A DNA stretch of 62,402 nucleotides from a virus (lineage: Duplodnaviria; Heunggongvirae; Uroviricota; Caudoviricetes): the IMG/VR virus record IMGVR_UViG_3300029219_000144; one strand, written 5' to 3'. Below the pieces are notes generated by a model. The model saw nothing but the letters and a program-made list of their open reading frames with translations, was not told the DNA's origin and searched no databases. Shown here piece by piece: positions 49,313 through 58,450 of this stretch. The translations under genes and the position numbers were made by a program. Within the stretch, counting starts at the first letter, position 1, and each line of letters starts with the position of its first letter.

Positions 49313-49834
49313 TTATTCTTCGAACAATTTTTCGATAGATTTTGTAGGATAGAACAAAGAACGCTCGTTGTTACCAACCAGCTGGATAAAGCCCAAACTT
49401 TTATAAAACGCCTTGGCTTTGTCATTTAACGCCTCAACGAAAAGTCCATGAATGCCTACAGCAAGAGATGCATTGTACACAACGCGCATTGCATGTGTTA
49501 CAAGCATTGAGCCAAATCCTTGACCTTGAAGGGACTTGTCCAAAGCCAGCCTACCCAAAGTAACACTTGGAACATTCCGATAAGGTACCTTCTTTTGCTG
49601 GCTTCTTGAAGGTAAGGACTCCTTTTCAAAGCAGCTGCCTGACAAAGTGTAATACCCTAACACTTTTGGTCTGTCTTCTTTCGTGAAAAGCACATAAGCG
49701 CGAAGAATTTTTCCCTCATGCTGCCTTTTTAAGTGGTTGGTTAAAAAGGCATTTAGTGATTCTTCACCGCAATCAAAACCATTCAAATCATAATCTTTCT
49801 CTCCAGAGAAAATTTCTATCTTTATATTATCCAC
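49313..49834 (-). CDS. GNAT-family acetyltransferase toxin (TacT/KacT-like)
   Basis: 173-aa GNAT fold with motif-A-like QGQGFGSMLV; immediately downstream of a DUF1778-type antitoxin gene. Confidence 0.7.
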   Translation of the reverse strand: MDNIKIEIFSGEKDYDLNGFDCGEESLNAFLTNHLKRQHEGKILRAYVLFTKEDRPKVLGYYTLSGSCFEKESLPSRSQQKKVPYRNVPSVTLGRLALDKSLQGQGFGSMLVTHAMRVVYNASLAVGIHGLFVEALNDKAKAFYKSLGFIQLVGNNERSLFYPTKSIEKLFEE

Positions 49835-49841
49835 GAGTAAA

Positions 49842-50111
49842 CTACTCCATGCTTTTCAGACGATCAGCAGCTCGTTTCAGCTTGTCGTTCGGTGCCGGAG
49901 GATTGCTTATAGCGTCCATAACCAGATTCCAGGATTCTTCATTCAGAACTAGTCTACGGTGTTGCTCTATAACTTTCACGGCACGTTCAGATGCACTGCT
50001 AACCATAAACTGAGTAATGCTCTGGTTAGACATTGCGGCAGCTTCCTCGATGATGCTTTTATCGTCATCGGTTAATCTCAAATCGATGCGCTGCTTTTTT
50101 AGTGCTGACAT
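49842..50111 (-). CDS. DUF1778-family antitoxin (TacA/KacA-like)
   Basis: 89-aa protein from MSALKKQRIDLRLTDDDKSIIEEAA, RBS AGGAGG 5 nt upstream; ORF-track start 50150 is an upstream extension. Confidence 0.65.
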   Translation of the reverse strand: MSALKKQRIDLRLTDDDKSIIEEAAAMSNQSITQFMVSSASERAVKVIEQHRRLVLNEESWNLVMDAISNPPAPNDKLKRAADRLKSME

Positions 50112-50379
50112 GTATTCCTCCTGATGGCCGTGATGTAGGAAGGCCATCAATCTCCTCTGTTCAAACTGAGTTTTCGACTCAAAAATTACTTTAAAAGGCT
50201 ATAGCCCATTACGTGTGCATTATCAAATTGTGTACGGCATATCACCGTACTTGTAATATAGAGGTCATTGTTACTTTTTTCAACAGACAAATACAAGCTA
50301 TGATTGCCAATTGTTAATCACAACCTACCATTTAACCTTTACACCGCAGCCGTAGGCATTTAGGCTATATCACATATAA

Positions 50380-50394
50380 GAAAACAAGTTGTTT
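50380..50394. promoter_or_regulatory. Palindrome GAAAACAAGTTGTTT (operator family) upstream of parA
   Basis: 35 nt before the ATG at 50430. Confidence 0.5.
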
Positions 50395-50429
50395 CAGACG
50401 ATAATTATATACGCAAAGGGAACTCTCCA

Positions 50430-51098
50430 ATGACCAAGATCTTTGTGGTTGGCGGCACAAAGGGCGGGCCTGGCAAATCCACCGTTGCCCAGCAAATTGC
50501 CGTTTGCCTGAAAGTCAAAAAGAAGAAGAAGGTTTATATTACCGATATAGATATTCAGCGCACGACAACGAGCTGGTGTGAAGACCGTCGACAGAACGAA
50601 GACCTTGAGCTGATTCCTTTTGCATACGTTCAGGATGACATCATTAAGCACCTAAAATCGCTTCAGGGTAGAGCTGAGTTTGTAGTGGTAGATGCTGGTG
50701 GCTTCGACTCCGAAATTCAGCGACAAGCGATGCTGATGGCTGACGTTATCATTATCCCGCTGCGTCCTAAGCGTCGTGATTTGAAATCTTTACGTGACAT
50801 CGATCCTATTATCGACAATGTTCGCAATGTAAACGATAAAGTGAAGGTCCGCGCGGTCATGAACCAGTGCCCGGCTTTGCCATCACAAGTGTCTCGCATT
50901 CTGGCGGCTAAAGAGATTGTCGAGACGTTTGGCATCGAGTCTGCGCCAGTCAATCTATATAACCGCAACGTCTACGATGATGCGGAAGAGTCTGGTCGTT
51001 CTATCTTCGAAATGACCGGTAGCGAGCGCGACAAAAAGGCGGAAGCCGAGTTTGAAGAATTTGTAGATTATCTGTTGAGTCTGGAGGAAGAAGAATAA
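50430..51098 (+). CDS. ParA/ParF-type partition ATPase (small, type Ib-like)
   Basis: Deviant Walker A GGTKGGPGKST in a 222-aa protein. Confidence 0.75.
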   Translation: MTKIFVVGGTKGGPGKSTVAQQIAVCLKVKKKKKVYITDIDIQRTTTSWCEDRRQNEDLELIPFAYVQDDIIKHLKSLQGRAEFVVVDAGGFDSEIQRQAMLMADVIIIPLRPKRRDLKSLRDIDPIIDNVRNVNDKVKVRAVMNQCPALPSQVSRILAAKEIVETFGIESAPVNLYNRNVYDDAEESGRSIFEMTGSERDKKAEAEFEEFVDYLLSLEEEE

Positions 51099-51457
51099 TG
51101 TCCATGAAAATGGGTGACCTAGCAAAGCGCAAAGAGCCTGATGCACCGGCTAAGAACACAACTCCTTTGCGCCAACCAGTCAGACCACAGGGACGCCCGA
51201 CTCGTGGCAAAGAGAAAATTAAAAGCCGCACAATGTCACTGGAAGACGAATACTTCGAACTGCTGGAGATGATGAAGTTCATCCCTCGCTTCGAGAAATT
51301 CACCCGTTCTGACGTGATTCGCGCAGCCATTTTCCATCTGGCAGAGAAGTCACCGCAGGAAATCGAGGACATCGTGAAACTTAACGAGGCAATCACAGCT
51401 GCCGATGTCACGATGCGTACCGATGAAATTAAACGAGAGTTGATGAAGAAAGGTTGA
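51098..51457 (+). CDS. small partition partner protein (ParG/RHH-like, 119 aa)
   Basis: Start overlaps the parA stop; basic N-terminal tail and helix-rich C-terminus. Confidence 0.5.
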   Translation: MSMKMGDLAKRKEPDAPAKNTTPLRQPVRPQGRPTRGKEKIKSRTMSLEDEYFELLEMMKFIPRFEKFTRSDVIRAAIFHLAEKSPQEIEDIVKLNEAITAADVTMRTDEIKRELMKKG

Positions 51458-51501
51458 TAAGAGAAGGCGTGATTAGACGCCTTCTCTTAAAAGGTATATT
51501 T

Positions 51502-52257
51502 ATGCTTTACAAATATGTTGGAAGTAGCGTCCCGGAAGACACAATAAAGTATTTAAAGTATTACTTAGAAGATGGGAAAATTCGAGCAACTCGTCCGAAT
51601 GATTTCAACGATCCTGCCGAGTTTAAAGTTAATTTTGATTATGATGCTGATATAGACGCCATTAAGAAAAGATTTTTTGAGCTTTGGCCTAATCATCACA
51701 ATGATGAATTTGAACGCTGGTTATTGAGTCAAACAGAACATAGTCGCAGTTTTGATAACTATATGATTAGAACAACTTTTCTGCAGTGTCGGGGAGTTAT
51801 TTGTTTGACAAAAAGACCAGATAATTATCTTATGTGGTCGCATTATGCGCATTCTCACTCTGGTTTTTGCATCGGATTTGATGATGGTTTTATAAATGCG
51901 TTTGATGATGGTTTTTTTGTTCGCGGTGAGGTCAAATATTCCTCTGATGTTCCGGTTGTAAATTTTTTTACCGACTCAGATAAAGAGATTGCAGCGGCTC
52001 TTTGCCTAAATAAAAGCGATGTCTGGGAATATGAAGAGGAGGTTAGAATCGTAACCGAGAATTGTGGCGTGAAATTATTTGATAAATCCTTAATTAAGGA
52101 AATAACAATAGGTTGTAAGGCTAGCAGTCAACTTCAAAATTATGTTCATCAACTATTTGATTCAGGTATCGAAATCTACAAAATGAAGTGCCCTCCAGGA
52201 TCGTATAAGCTGGAAAAAATAAGATTAGAGAAAGATACTGATTTTCTTGGATACTAG
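51502..52257 (+). CDS. DUF2971-like protein (252 aa from MLYKY; alternative start 51454)
   Basis: N-terminal LYKY, RPNDFNDPAEF and later SHYAHSHSGFCIGF motifs resemble the DUF2971 family as recalled; AT-rich gene. Confidence 0.5.
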   Translation: MLYKYVGSSVPEDTIKYLKYYLEDGKIRATRPNDFNDPAEFKVNFDYDADIDAIKKRFFELWPNHHNDEFERWLLSQTEHSRSFDNYMIRTTFLQCRGVICLTKRPDNYLMWSHYAHSHSGFCIGFDDGFINAFDDGFFVRGEVKYSSDVPVVNFFTDSDKEIAAALCLNKSDVWEYEEEVRIVTENCGVKLFDKSLIKEITIGCKASSQLQNYVHQLFDSGIEIYKMKCPPGSYKLEKIRLEKDTDFLGY

Positions 52258-52279
52258 TATTGGTAGTATCAACAATTAT

Positions 52280-52336
52280 GACCTGCTTCTGTATATAATA
52301 AGTAAATTAGTATTTATATATATACAGAAGCAGGTC
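52280..52336. repeat. 57-bp palindromic element (copy 2), GACCTGCTTCTGTATATA..TATATACAGAAGCAGGTC, followed by TTTT
   Basis: Arms nearly identical to copy 1 at 19923-19979; core contains TAATAAGTAAATTAGTA. Confidence 0.65.
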
Positions 52337-52450
52337 TTTTAAAGACACCCACCAGAACAAGTCCCTTCCGTTTCCACTTCCAAAAACTGCCACCAGTCGC
52401 TATCATCCGCTCATTGTGATAAGTAAGTAACTACCTACCAGGTGAGCCAC

Positions 52451-53191
52451 ATGAGCCAAATCTTTTTCGATACCATCGACAACGACCAGTACGACTTCAT
52501 GACAGAGTGGAATACCGCTGTTATGGACAAGTGGGTTGCTGAAAACATTGGTTTGTCGCGCTGCAAAGACGAGGCTGAACTGTTTGAGACGAAGTGGTTT
52601 GATTACCGCGATATGCATCCTCTCATGGCCACCTGTCTGTTTACGGAGGCATACAAACGTCAGTACTCAAATATCATGCTGACGCACGGTCGTGAACACT
52701 TTGAAACAGCTCCGTTCACCACCGGGTTAAAACGCTTGCCTTATCAGGAGTTGTCGACTGCTAATAAAACGTCGCTATGGAAAGCACGCCAGTTTGCGGA
52801 TCGCTATTGCTGCTCATACGACTACTTTATCTCCACTGTTCTTTCCGCAGCTGCACGACGTCTGTGGGACAAGCTGCCTCGCCCACAGCATTTGTGGCAG
52901 CCAGAACTGATTGAGATATTTGAAGAGAAATTAGCCAGACGCGCAACAACCCGTCTGGATGACTCTCTGGTTAGCTTTAAGCATATGGGAGACATGCAGT
53001 TCAACCCGATTCAGGAAAGCTATTTTGAGTGGATTCTGGAGCGTTTGCGCACCATCCCTCGCAGTAAGCGCATACGCGCAATTTTCTCCGCTATCTGGCT
53101 AATGGAAATCGTTCCAGAGCGCCTTATTTCCGCCCACTTTCCAGAAGAACTGGAAGAAGCACGGCGGTTTATTGATCCCCTATCTAATTAA
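52451..53191 (+). CDS. hypothetical replication-module protein (246 aa)
   Basis: ORF directly upstream of the DnaB-like helicase; RBS AGGTGA. Confidence 0.5.
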   Translation: MSQIFFDTIDNDQYDFMTEWNTAVMDKWVAENIGLSRCKDEAELFETKWFDYRDMHPLMATCLFTEAYKRQYSNIMLTHGREHFETAPFTTGLKRLPYQELSTANKTSLWKARQFADRYCCSYDYFISTVLSAAARRLWDKLPRPQHLWQPELIEIFEEKLARRATTRLDDSLVSFKHMGDMQFNPIQESYFEWILERLRTIPRSKRIRAIFSAIWLMEIVPERLISAHFPEELEEARRFIDPLSN

Positions 53192-53200
53192 CTAATACTA

Positions 53201-53215
53201 GAAAACAATTTGTTT
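53201..53215. promoter_or_regulatory. Palindrome GAAAACAATTTGTTT (operator family) upstream of the helicase gene
   Basis: 20 nt before the ATG at 53235. Confidence 0.5.
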
Positions 53216-53234
53216 AAAAAACAAAGGAAAGCAC

Positions 53235-54575
53235 ATGACCGAACTTTGCCATACAGGACGCGGGCTGTCCGAAGAGTTTGATGAAGATTTCCAGAACAGA
53301 CTGACGGCATATTTTTGTCGTGATCACGAGTTTCTTACTCGTGCGGGAGATCTGGTTGTGCCTAGCCAATTTGCCAATGCGGCCAATGCCATATTGGTTA
53401 ATATGGTTTCGGGCTATTACCGTATGTACAAGAGCGCGCCCTCTTCATCTGCAATTCTGGATATGCTTAAGCGTGCGAAACGCGATAAGACTATCCGTGA
53501 GGAACTATTCGCCGATGTTGTTGCTGCGTTTAAGCGCATCCTTGCAGAAAAATTGTCCGATACCTCGTACATGGTTGACCAGGTATCAACCTTCGCAAAA
53601 AGCGTAGCGTTTGATGATGCTCTGATTAAGGCTGCTGAACTGAAAGAGAAAGGCGACTTTCAGGGGGCGATGGCAATCATGGCCAAGGTTCAGCAGATTG
53701 GATCGAACGAAGCGACCGGAATCTATGACTACTACACCTCCGCAAGTGAGCGATTGAAAGCGCGTGAATATGAGGCTTCAGAGGAGTATGTACCAAACAG
53801 TATTACAACTGGACTCCCTCTTCTCGATAGGTTGCTGTACCAAAAAGGCTGGGCAAAGCGCGAAATGGTGCTCTTCATGGGGTTCGCTAAATCCGGTAAA
53901 TCGACCGCAATGGGTGAGTTTTCCATAAACGCAACGCTTGCTGGCTACAATGTTCTGTATCTCTCGCTGGAGGTTCACACCACCATTTTATCCGACCGTT
54001 TTGATGCAAGATTGTCGGAGACGGAAATGTCCAAGCTGGTGGAACGGCGCGATGAGGTTCATCGTAAGTTGGCAGAGTTGGGAGCCACGAAGGGGATTGG
54101 TAGTTTGTGGGTTGTTGAGCGTCCGTCAGGAAGTATGTCACCGGCAGACCTGGATCGTATGCTTAACAGCATGAAAGCCAATGGCATGGTGCCTGACATG
54201 GTTGTTGTCGACTACGCAGATTTGATGCGTGCCAGTTATGACCTTCGTGATGATCGCGCCAACATTCGTAGTATCTACACCGATTTACGTGCTCTTTATG
54301 ACAAGCATAACGTTGCTGGTATCACGGCGTCACAAACAAACCGTGAAGGTGGCGCGTCAGAAGTTGCCACAATGATGCACGCTGCCGACAACATCGAAAA
54401 AGTACGTATTGCTGACCTGGTAATAACGATCAACAAAACCGAAGAAGAAGAAGCGAAAGGAGAGGCTCGTCTCTACTTTGCTGGTTCGCGTAACCAGCAG
54501 GGAGGGATCAGCATTCGCGTTAAACAAAACCTCGAACAAATGCGCTTCATTGAGCGAATCTTAGACGTTACCTAA
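53235..54575 (+). CDS. DnaB-like replicative helicase (RecA-fold ATPase)
   Basis: Walker A GFAKSGKST and Walker B-like MVVVDYADL in the C-terminal half of a 446-aa protein. Confidence 0.6.
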   Translation: MTELCHTGRGLSEEFDEDFQNRLTAYFCRDHEFLTRAGDLVVPSQFANAANAILVNMVSGYYRMYKSAPSSSAILDMLKRAKRDKTIREELFADVVAAFKRILAEKLSDTSYMVDQVSTFAKSVAFDDALIKAAELKEKGDFQGAMAIMAKVQQIGSNEATGIYDYYTSASERLKAREYEASEEYVPNSITTGLPLLDRLLYQKGWAKREMVLFMGFAKSGKSTAMGEFSINATLAGYNVLYLSLEVHTTILSDRFDARLSETEMSKLVERRDEVHRKLAELGATKGIGSLWVVERPSGSMSPADLDRMLNSMKANGMVPDMVVVDYADLMRASYDLRDDRANIRSIYTDLRALYDKHNVAGITASQTNREGGASEVATMMHAADNIEKVRIADLVITINKTEEEEAKGEARLYFAGSRNQQGGISIRVKQNLEQMRFIERILDVT

Positions 54576-54580
54576 AAAAT

Positions 54581-54605
54581 AAGCGTGGAGAACACCTCCA
54601 CGCTT
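54581..54605. other. Perfect hairpin AAGCGTGGAG aacac CTCCACGCTT right after the helicase stop
   Basis: 10-bp stem; A-run upstream, no clear U-tract downstream. Confidence 0.5.
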
Positions 54606-54656
54606 GATTCATTGGTGAAACAACTTTTCTTTTGCCAAACCACAAAAGAAAAACAC

Positions 54657-55838
54657 ATGAGCCTTTATGTTATATCAACATTTAGGTTGGTCACAATATT
54701 GCCTGTTAAAAGTGGAATTATCGTGAGCGAGCTGAAAGAGCTAATTACCGAATTAGATTTTGAACAATGGTTGGATACTGAAGGTATCGTTTATCGACGT
54801 GGAGGCGTGAGTACTCGCGGTCGTGAAGTGAATATCAAGGAGTGTCCGGTATGCGGCAGCTCCAACTGGAAGGTATATTTCAATCTGACCAGTGGCGTCG
54901 GTAAATGCTTCGCTGGTGATCATCCCGAAGAGATTCAGTTCAATAAGCTGGTCTTCCTCAAGCACTACAGCGGTAAATCACGACGACAGTTCGAGGAATA
55001 TGTGCAGAACGCTCTTCTTTCCCAGGGGTGGGCACCAAAGAAAGAAGAGATAGTGCTTGCAAGCACAGTCGAGTTAGAGGGACCAGTTGCACTCCCTCGT
55101 CATTACGATCTTCCTATAGATGGCCATCTTCCAGACTATCTGGTTGAACGAAATATATCGCCTGAAATGGCAAAGTATTTTGACCTACGATACTGCGTCG
55201 AAGGCAAGCACGCTTATGTAGATCCGTATACAGATCAGGTTAAAGGACAGATTTTCGATATGCGAATACTGATACCGGTTTACGATCTGGATGGGGTAAT
55301 GAAGACATTTCAAGGACGAGACATTACCGGTACAGCAGAACGCCGCTACCTCTTCCCTATGCAGCTGCCGGCGTCGGGTAAGTTTCTCTACAACGGCCAC
55401 AACGCAGTCGGGAAACAAACAGTCGTTGTGTGTGAAGGGGCATTTGACGTAATGGGCGTGAAGCGAGCCATCTTCGACGAAAAGACGCTGAGGGATTATG
55501 TAGAGCCAATTGGCACGTTCGGGATGCACTTGTCCGGAAATATGAATGAGGACGCTGAAGATCAGTTGGGCGCGTTCCTGACGCTCAAGGCGCGTGGATT
55601 ACGCAACGTCATCATGATGTGGGATAGCGAGAAGCAAGCGATCCGCAACACCATGTCGGCGGCCAAACGCCTCACCAGCATCGGACTAAATGTCAAAGTG
55701 GCCTGTCTGGGCGAAGAAGGTCTCGACCCCGGCGACGCGACGCCAGAGCAGATCCTCAAAGCCTATTATCGTGCCAAGCCTTACTCCAAACAGCTGGAGT
55801 TAAAATGCAAAGTGCTCGGTATCAAGTCACTCGTGTAG
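54657..55838 (+). CDS. DNA primase (zinc-finger plus TOPRIM)
   Basis: CPVCGSSNW..GKCFAGDH zinc-binding motif and TOPRIM-like VVVCEGAFDVMGV; start uncertain (ATG at 54657 lacks a good RBS). Confidence 0.6.
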   Translation: MSLYVISTFRLVTILPVKSGIIVSELKELITELDFEQWLDTEGIVYRRGGVSTRGREVNIKECPVCGSSNWKVYFNLTSGVGKCFAGDHPEEIQFNKLVFLKHYSGKSRRQFEEYVQNALLSQGWAPKKEEIVLASTVELEGPVALPRHYDLPIDGHLPDYLVERNISPEMAKYFDLRYCVEGKHAYVDPYTDQVKGQIFDMRILIPVYDLDGVMKTFQGRDITGTAERRYLFPMQLPASGKFLYNGHNAVGKQTVVVCEGAFDVMGVKRAIFDEKTLRDYVEPIGTFGMHLSGNMNEDAEDQLGAFLTLKARGLRNVIMMWDSEKQAIRNTMSAAKRLTSIGLNVKVACLGEEGLDPGDATPEQILKAYYRAKPYSKQLELKCKVLGIKSLV

Positions 55839-55839
55839 T

Positions 55840-56892
55840 TTAAGTTGTGGGAGACAGACGGTTCAGGACAAACGCTGCGATATTATTTAGTGCTATATTT
55901 AGCAAACTTGCATCATATGTTTGGTCGTTATCCTTAGGTTTAAAATTGCTGATACTGACTGTCTCACTGTGCTCATTTTCATAGAAACGTTTACTGCTTG
56001 AATCTAGGCGTTTGAGGACGTAAATTTGCCCAAATTCAATCCACTCACCTTCACCATTGAGTCCGCTCCCTGTTTTGACTGAGATGAAGTACTTTGCCAG
56101 CTTGGTTGTAATGCAGTCTTCATTTTTTTCTATGCAAACCTTAATGCCGGCGGCTTTCAAACTACGATAAATGCTGTTTGGATATGCCCCACTATAGATT
56201 TCGCTGCTTTCAATGATAATGACGTCGTATTCTTCCTTTGGCTCAATAGATAAAGCTTCAGGCTCCAAATCATCCTTGTGAAAAATAAATCCTAAAAGAC
56301 GCTCAAGTTCATCTGTTAATTTGAACATGGGGTTCGCTTGGATCTCGCCAGCCCTGTCTTCGTAGACGAGACCCGAGGTTATGAGCTTATTTAGCGATCT
56401 CAGAGCCATTCCACTTTTTTGTGATGTGAGGCTAACTTGGGCTAATACAGTTGATTTATAGCCTTTTATTGGCGAGCTTGTTGTGATGTAAAGTTTGCGC
56501 GCATATTCAATATCAAAGCAGGTTAACCCACTCAGTATGTGGATAAAAAATAGTTTTTCATCGTCGTTAAGGCTGCTGCGGGCTAGGCTTACCGTCAAGC
56601 GAATGTAGTATTCTGTTTTCTTGTCTTCATCATCAAGCACGAGCTTTTTGACTAACGCCGAAAAGTGTTCTCTTGAGATATCGACCTCATCGTCGCAAAT
56701 TTCACCAATGCCCATAATGTAACGGTTGAATCGATCACGACAAGTCGTCGCATTTATCTCTGAGAACAACGTGAACATTTTTTCCGCTGCCTCAATATGA
56801 GGTCCAACAAGCGGTATAGATTTGGCAAACGCCAAACCAGTTTCTTTCAATACCTTCCTGTGTTGCATCACGTTTTTGGACAACGTTGTCAT
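55840..56892 (-). CDS. hypothetical protein (350 aa), antisense to the flanking replication genes
   Basis: Long minus-strand ORF in an AT-rich block inside an otherwise plus-strand module. Confidence 0.6.
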   Translation of the reverse strand: MTTLSKNVMQHRKVLKETGLAFAKSIPLVGPHIEAAEKMFTLFSEINATTCRDRFNRYIMGIGEICDDEVDISREHFSALVKKLVLDDEDKKTEYYIRLTVSLARSSLNDDEKLFFIHILSGLTCFDIEYARKLYITTSSPIKGYKSTVLAQVSLTSQKSGMALRSLNKLITSGLVYEDRAGEIQANPMFKLTDELERLLGFIFHKDDLEPEALSIEPKEEYDVIIIESSEIYSGAYPNSIYRSLKAAGIKVCIEKNEDCITTKLAKYFISVKTGSGLNGEGEWIEFGQIYVLKRLDSSSKRFYENEHSETVSISNFKPKDNDQTYDASLLNIALNNIAAFVLNRLSPTT

Positions 56893-57012
56893 AGACCTAA
56901 GCCTTGTGTGTTTAACGTATTAGTTAAGTGAAATCATATAGAAGTGACCTGACAGCTACAACTGGACAAGATTAAGAGCATTTTTTATAAACGAAAATAA
57001 ACGCCTACATTG

Positions 57013-57032
57013 ATAAGTAGATACATACTTAT
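57013..57032. promoter_or_regulatory. Palindrome ATAAGTAgatacaTACTTAT upstream of the 57076 gene
   Basis: Perfect inverted repeat of the TAAGTA/TACTTA family. Confidence 0.45.
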
Positions 57033-57075
57033 ATTTCTGTAAGAATATGCTCGACGAAGGAATTGAGGAACCTTT

Positions 57076-57870
57076 ATGAAAGCAGATATTCAGAAGTCCG
57101 TTACCGAAATCATCGACAAATCAGGCGTAGAAATTGATACAGAAGAGCGCCAGAAGATTATCGATGAGGCGATCCAGACTGCGCTGGAGCACATCGCCAC
57201 GTCTGTGAGCACCGCACCTCTTTCGGAAGGCTCGAAATACATGCGGGTCTGGGTTCGTTTTGGGGAGTCCCCGGAGCTGCCTGGTGTTAAACAGAAACGC
57301 GCGGCACTCGTGGCGTTCACTCGCAAAATGAAGGACGCAACGGTCGAAGTACGCGCCGGTGCATGGTACGACGGTCGCGTTGTCTACACCAATCAGGCAG
57401 TGTGCGATGAAGGTGAACGGTTTGAGGAAATTGTCGACGCGACTCTTCGCGCGATCAAAGGCAGGGCTGGCGTAGAGGATGATCCTTCTATCGCGGCGTT
57501 CCTGAGCATTGTCGAACTGCCTGAAGTTACCGAACGCGTTACAGATCTGACAACCCCACCTGGTTTGCTGGAGTTGGTGGTCAGTGGCGATACCAAAAAA
57601 GCCGTTGAGCGCATTCGTGAGGTGGAATACGGCATCATCTGCGATATGTGCCGCAGCGACTTAGACCTGGTGCGCATCATTGTCGACGCGGGTCAGACAT
57701 GTGACGGTGTGCTCGCCAGTTTTGCAGGGCAGGTGGCACGCCTGGCCAACGAGCTGCCGATGATTAAACAGGAGGCAAAATCCTACGCCGTCCACCATGC
57801 CAACGATTTACTGGAACCATACCGGTTCGAAGCCGCTCAGGACAAAATGACTGGCTGGGCTACCTGGTAA
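57076..57870 (+). CDS. hypothetical protein (264 aa)
   Basis: ORF with GAGGAA RBS; terminator follows. Confidence 0.55.
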   Translation: MKADIQKSVTEIIDKSGVEIDTEERQKIIDEAIQTALEHIATSVSTAPLSEGSKYMRVWVRFGESPELPGVKQKRAALVAFTRKMKDATVEVRAGAWYDGRVVYTNQAVCDEGERFEEIVDATLRAIKGRAGVEDDPSIAAFLSIVELPEVTERVTDLTTPPGLLELVVSGDTKKAVERIREVEYGIICDMCRSDLDLVRIIVDAGQTCDGVLASFAGQVARLANELPMIKQEAKSYAVHHANDLLEPYRFEAAQDKMTGWATW

Positions 57871-57887
57871 GCCTTGATAAACCATTT

Positions 57888-57909
57888 AGCCCCCTGGTGG
57901 GGCTTTTTT
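57888..57909 (+). terminator. Rho-independent terminator
   Basis: AGCCCC ctggt GGGGCT followed by TTTTTT. Confidence 0.75.
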
Positions 57910-57951
57910 AAACTGCGCTCAATAAGTAAGTACACGACTACGGTTAGAAGC

Positions 57952-58416
57952 ATGTCCACAAAAACAGATTTGTCGAAAATCCCGTCTATCTCCGGAAACA
58001 ACGGTTATTCGCTGCGCTGTCAGGAAGTGAAGATCAACGGCCATGAGGCCCATTGCAGCTATACAGTCTGCCAGCACACCATCCTCGCCTACAAAGAGAA
58101 GCGTCTCCCAGCGACATCGTTCCAGTCCTGCGCTGCGGCCATTGCTGCTGGAAAATGCCAGGCGCTGAAGATGATGGTCGAAGAGATCCGCAAAGGCGAA
58201 CAGCTCTACTTCATCGATATGGCTACGCTTATCAAAGAAGTGGAAGAGCAAAACGACCACGCCAGAACGCTTACCCGGAAGCGCAACACCATGACGATTC
58301 AACGCACGAAGAAAACAGAACCAGCCAAACCCGAAACCACGTCCACCGATTCACTGGCGCCTGTCACTGACGTGTACGCGGCACTCATTGAAGAAGCAAC
58401 CAAAGAAAACACATGA
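57952..58416 (+). CDS. hypothetical protein (154 aa)
   Basis: Start set at MSTKTDLSK because the ORF-track start 57874 lies inside the terminator. Confidence 0.45.
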   Translation: MSTKTDLSKIPSISGNNGYSLRCQEVKINGHEAHCSYTVCQHTILAYKEKRLPATSFQSCAAAIAAGKCQALKMMVEEIRKGEQLYFIDMATLIKEVEEQNDHARTLTRKRNTMTIQRTKKTEPAKPETTSTDSLAPVTDVYAALIEEATKENT

Positions 58417-58450
58417 AAACTCCCGAGCGACCGATGGAGGTTAAACACTA

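Noticed and set aside
21983-57937. GGTAAGTA motifs interpreted as intron 5' splice-donor-like sequences
   Set aside because: The resemblance to the eukaryotic splice-donor consensus is coincidental; no intron features such as interrupted ORFs or homing-endonuclease genes are present. The motif is treated as a regulatory palindrome family instead.
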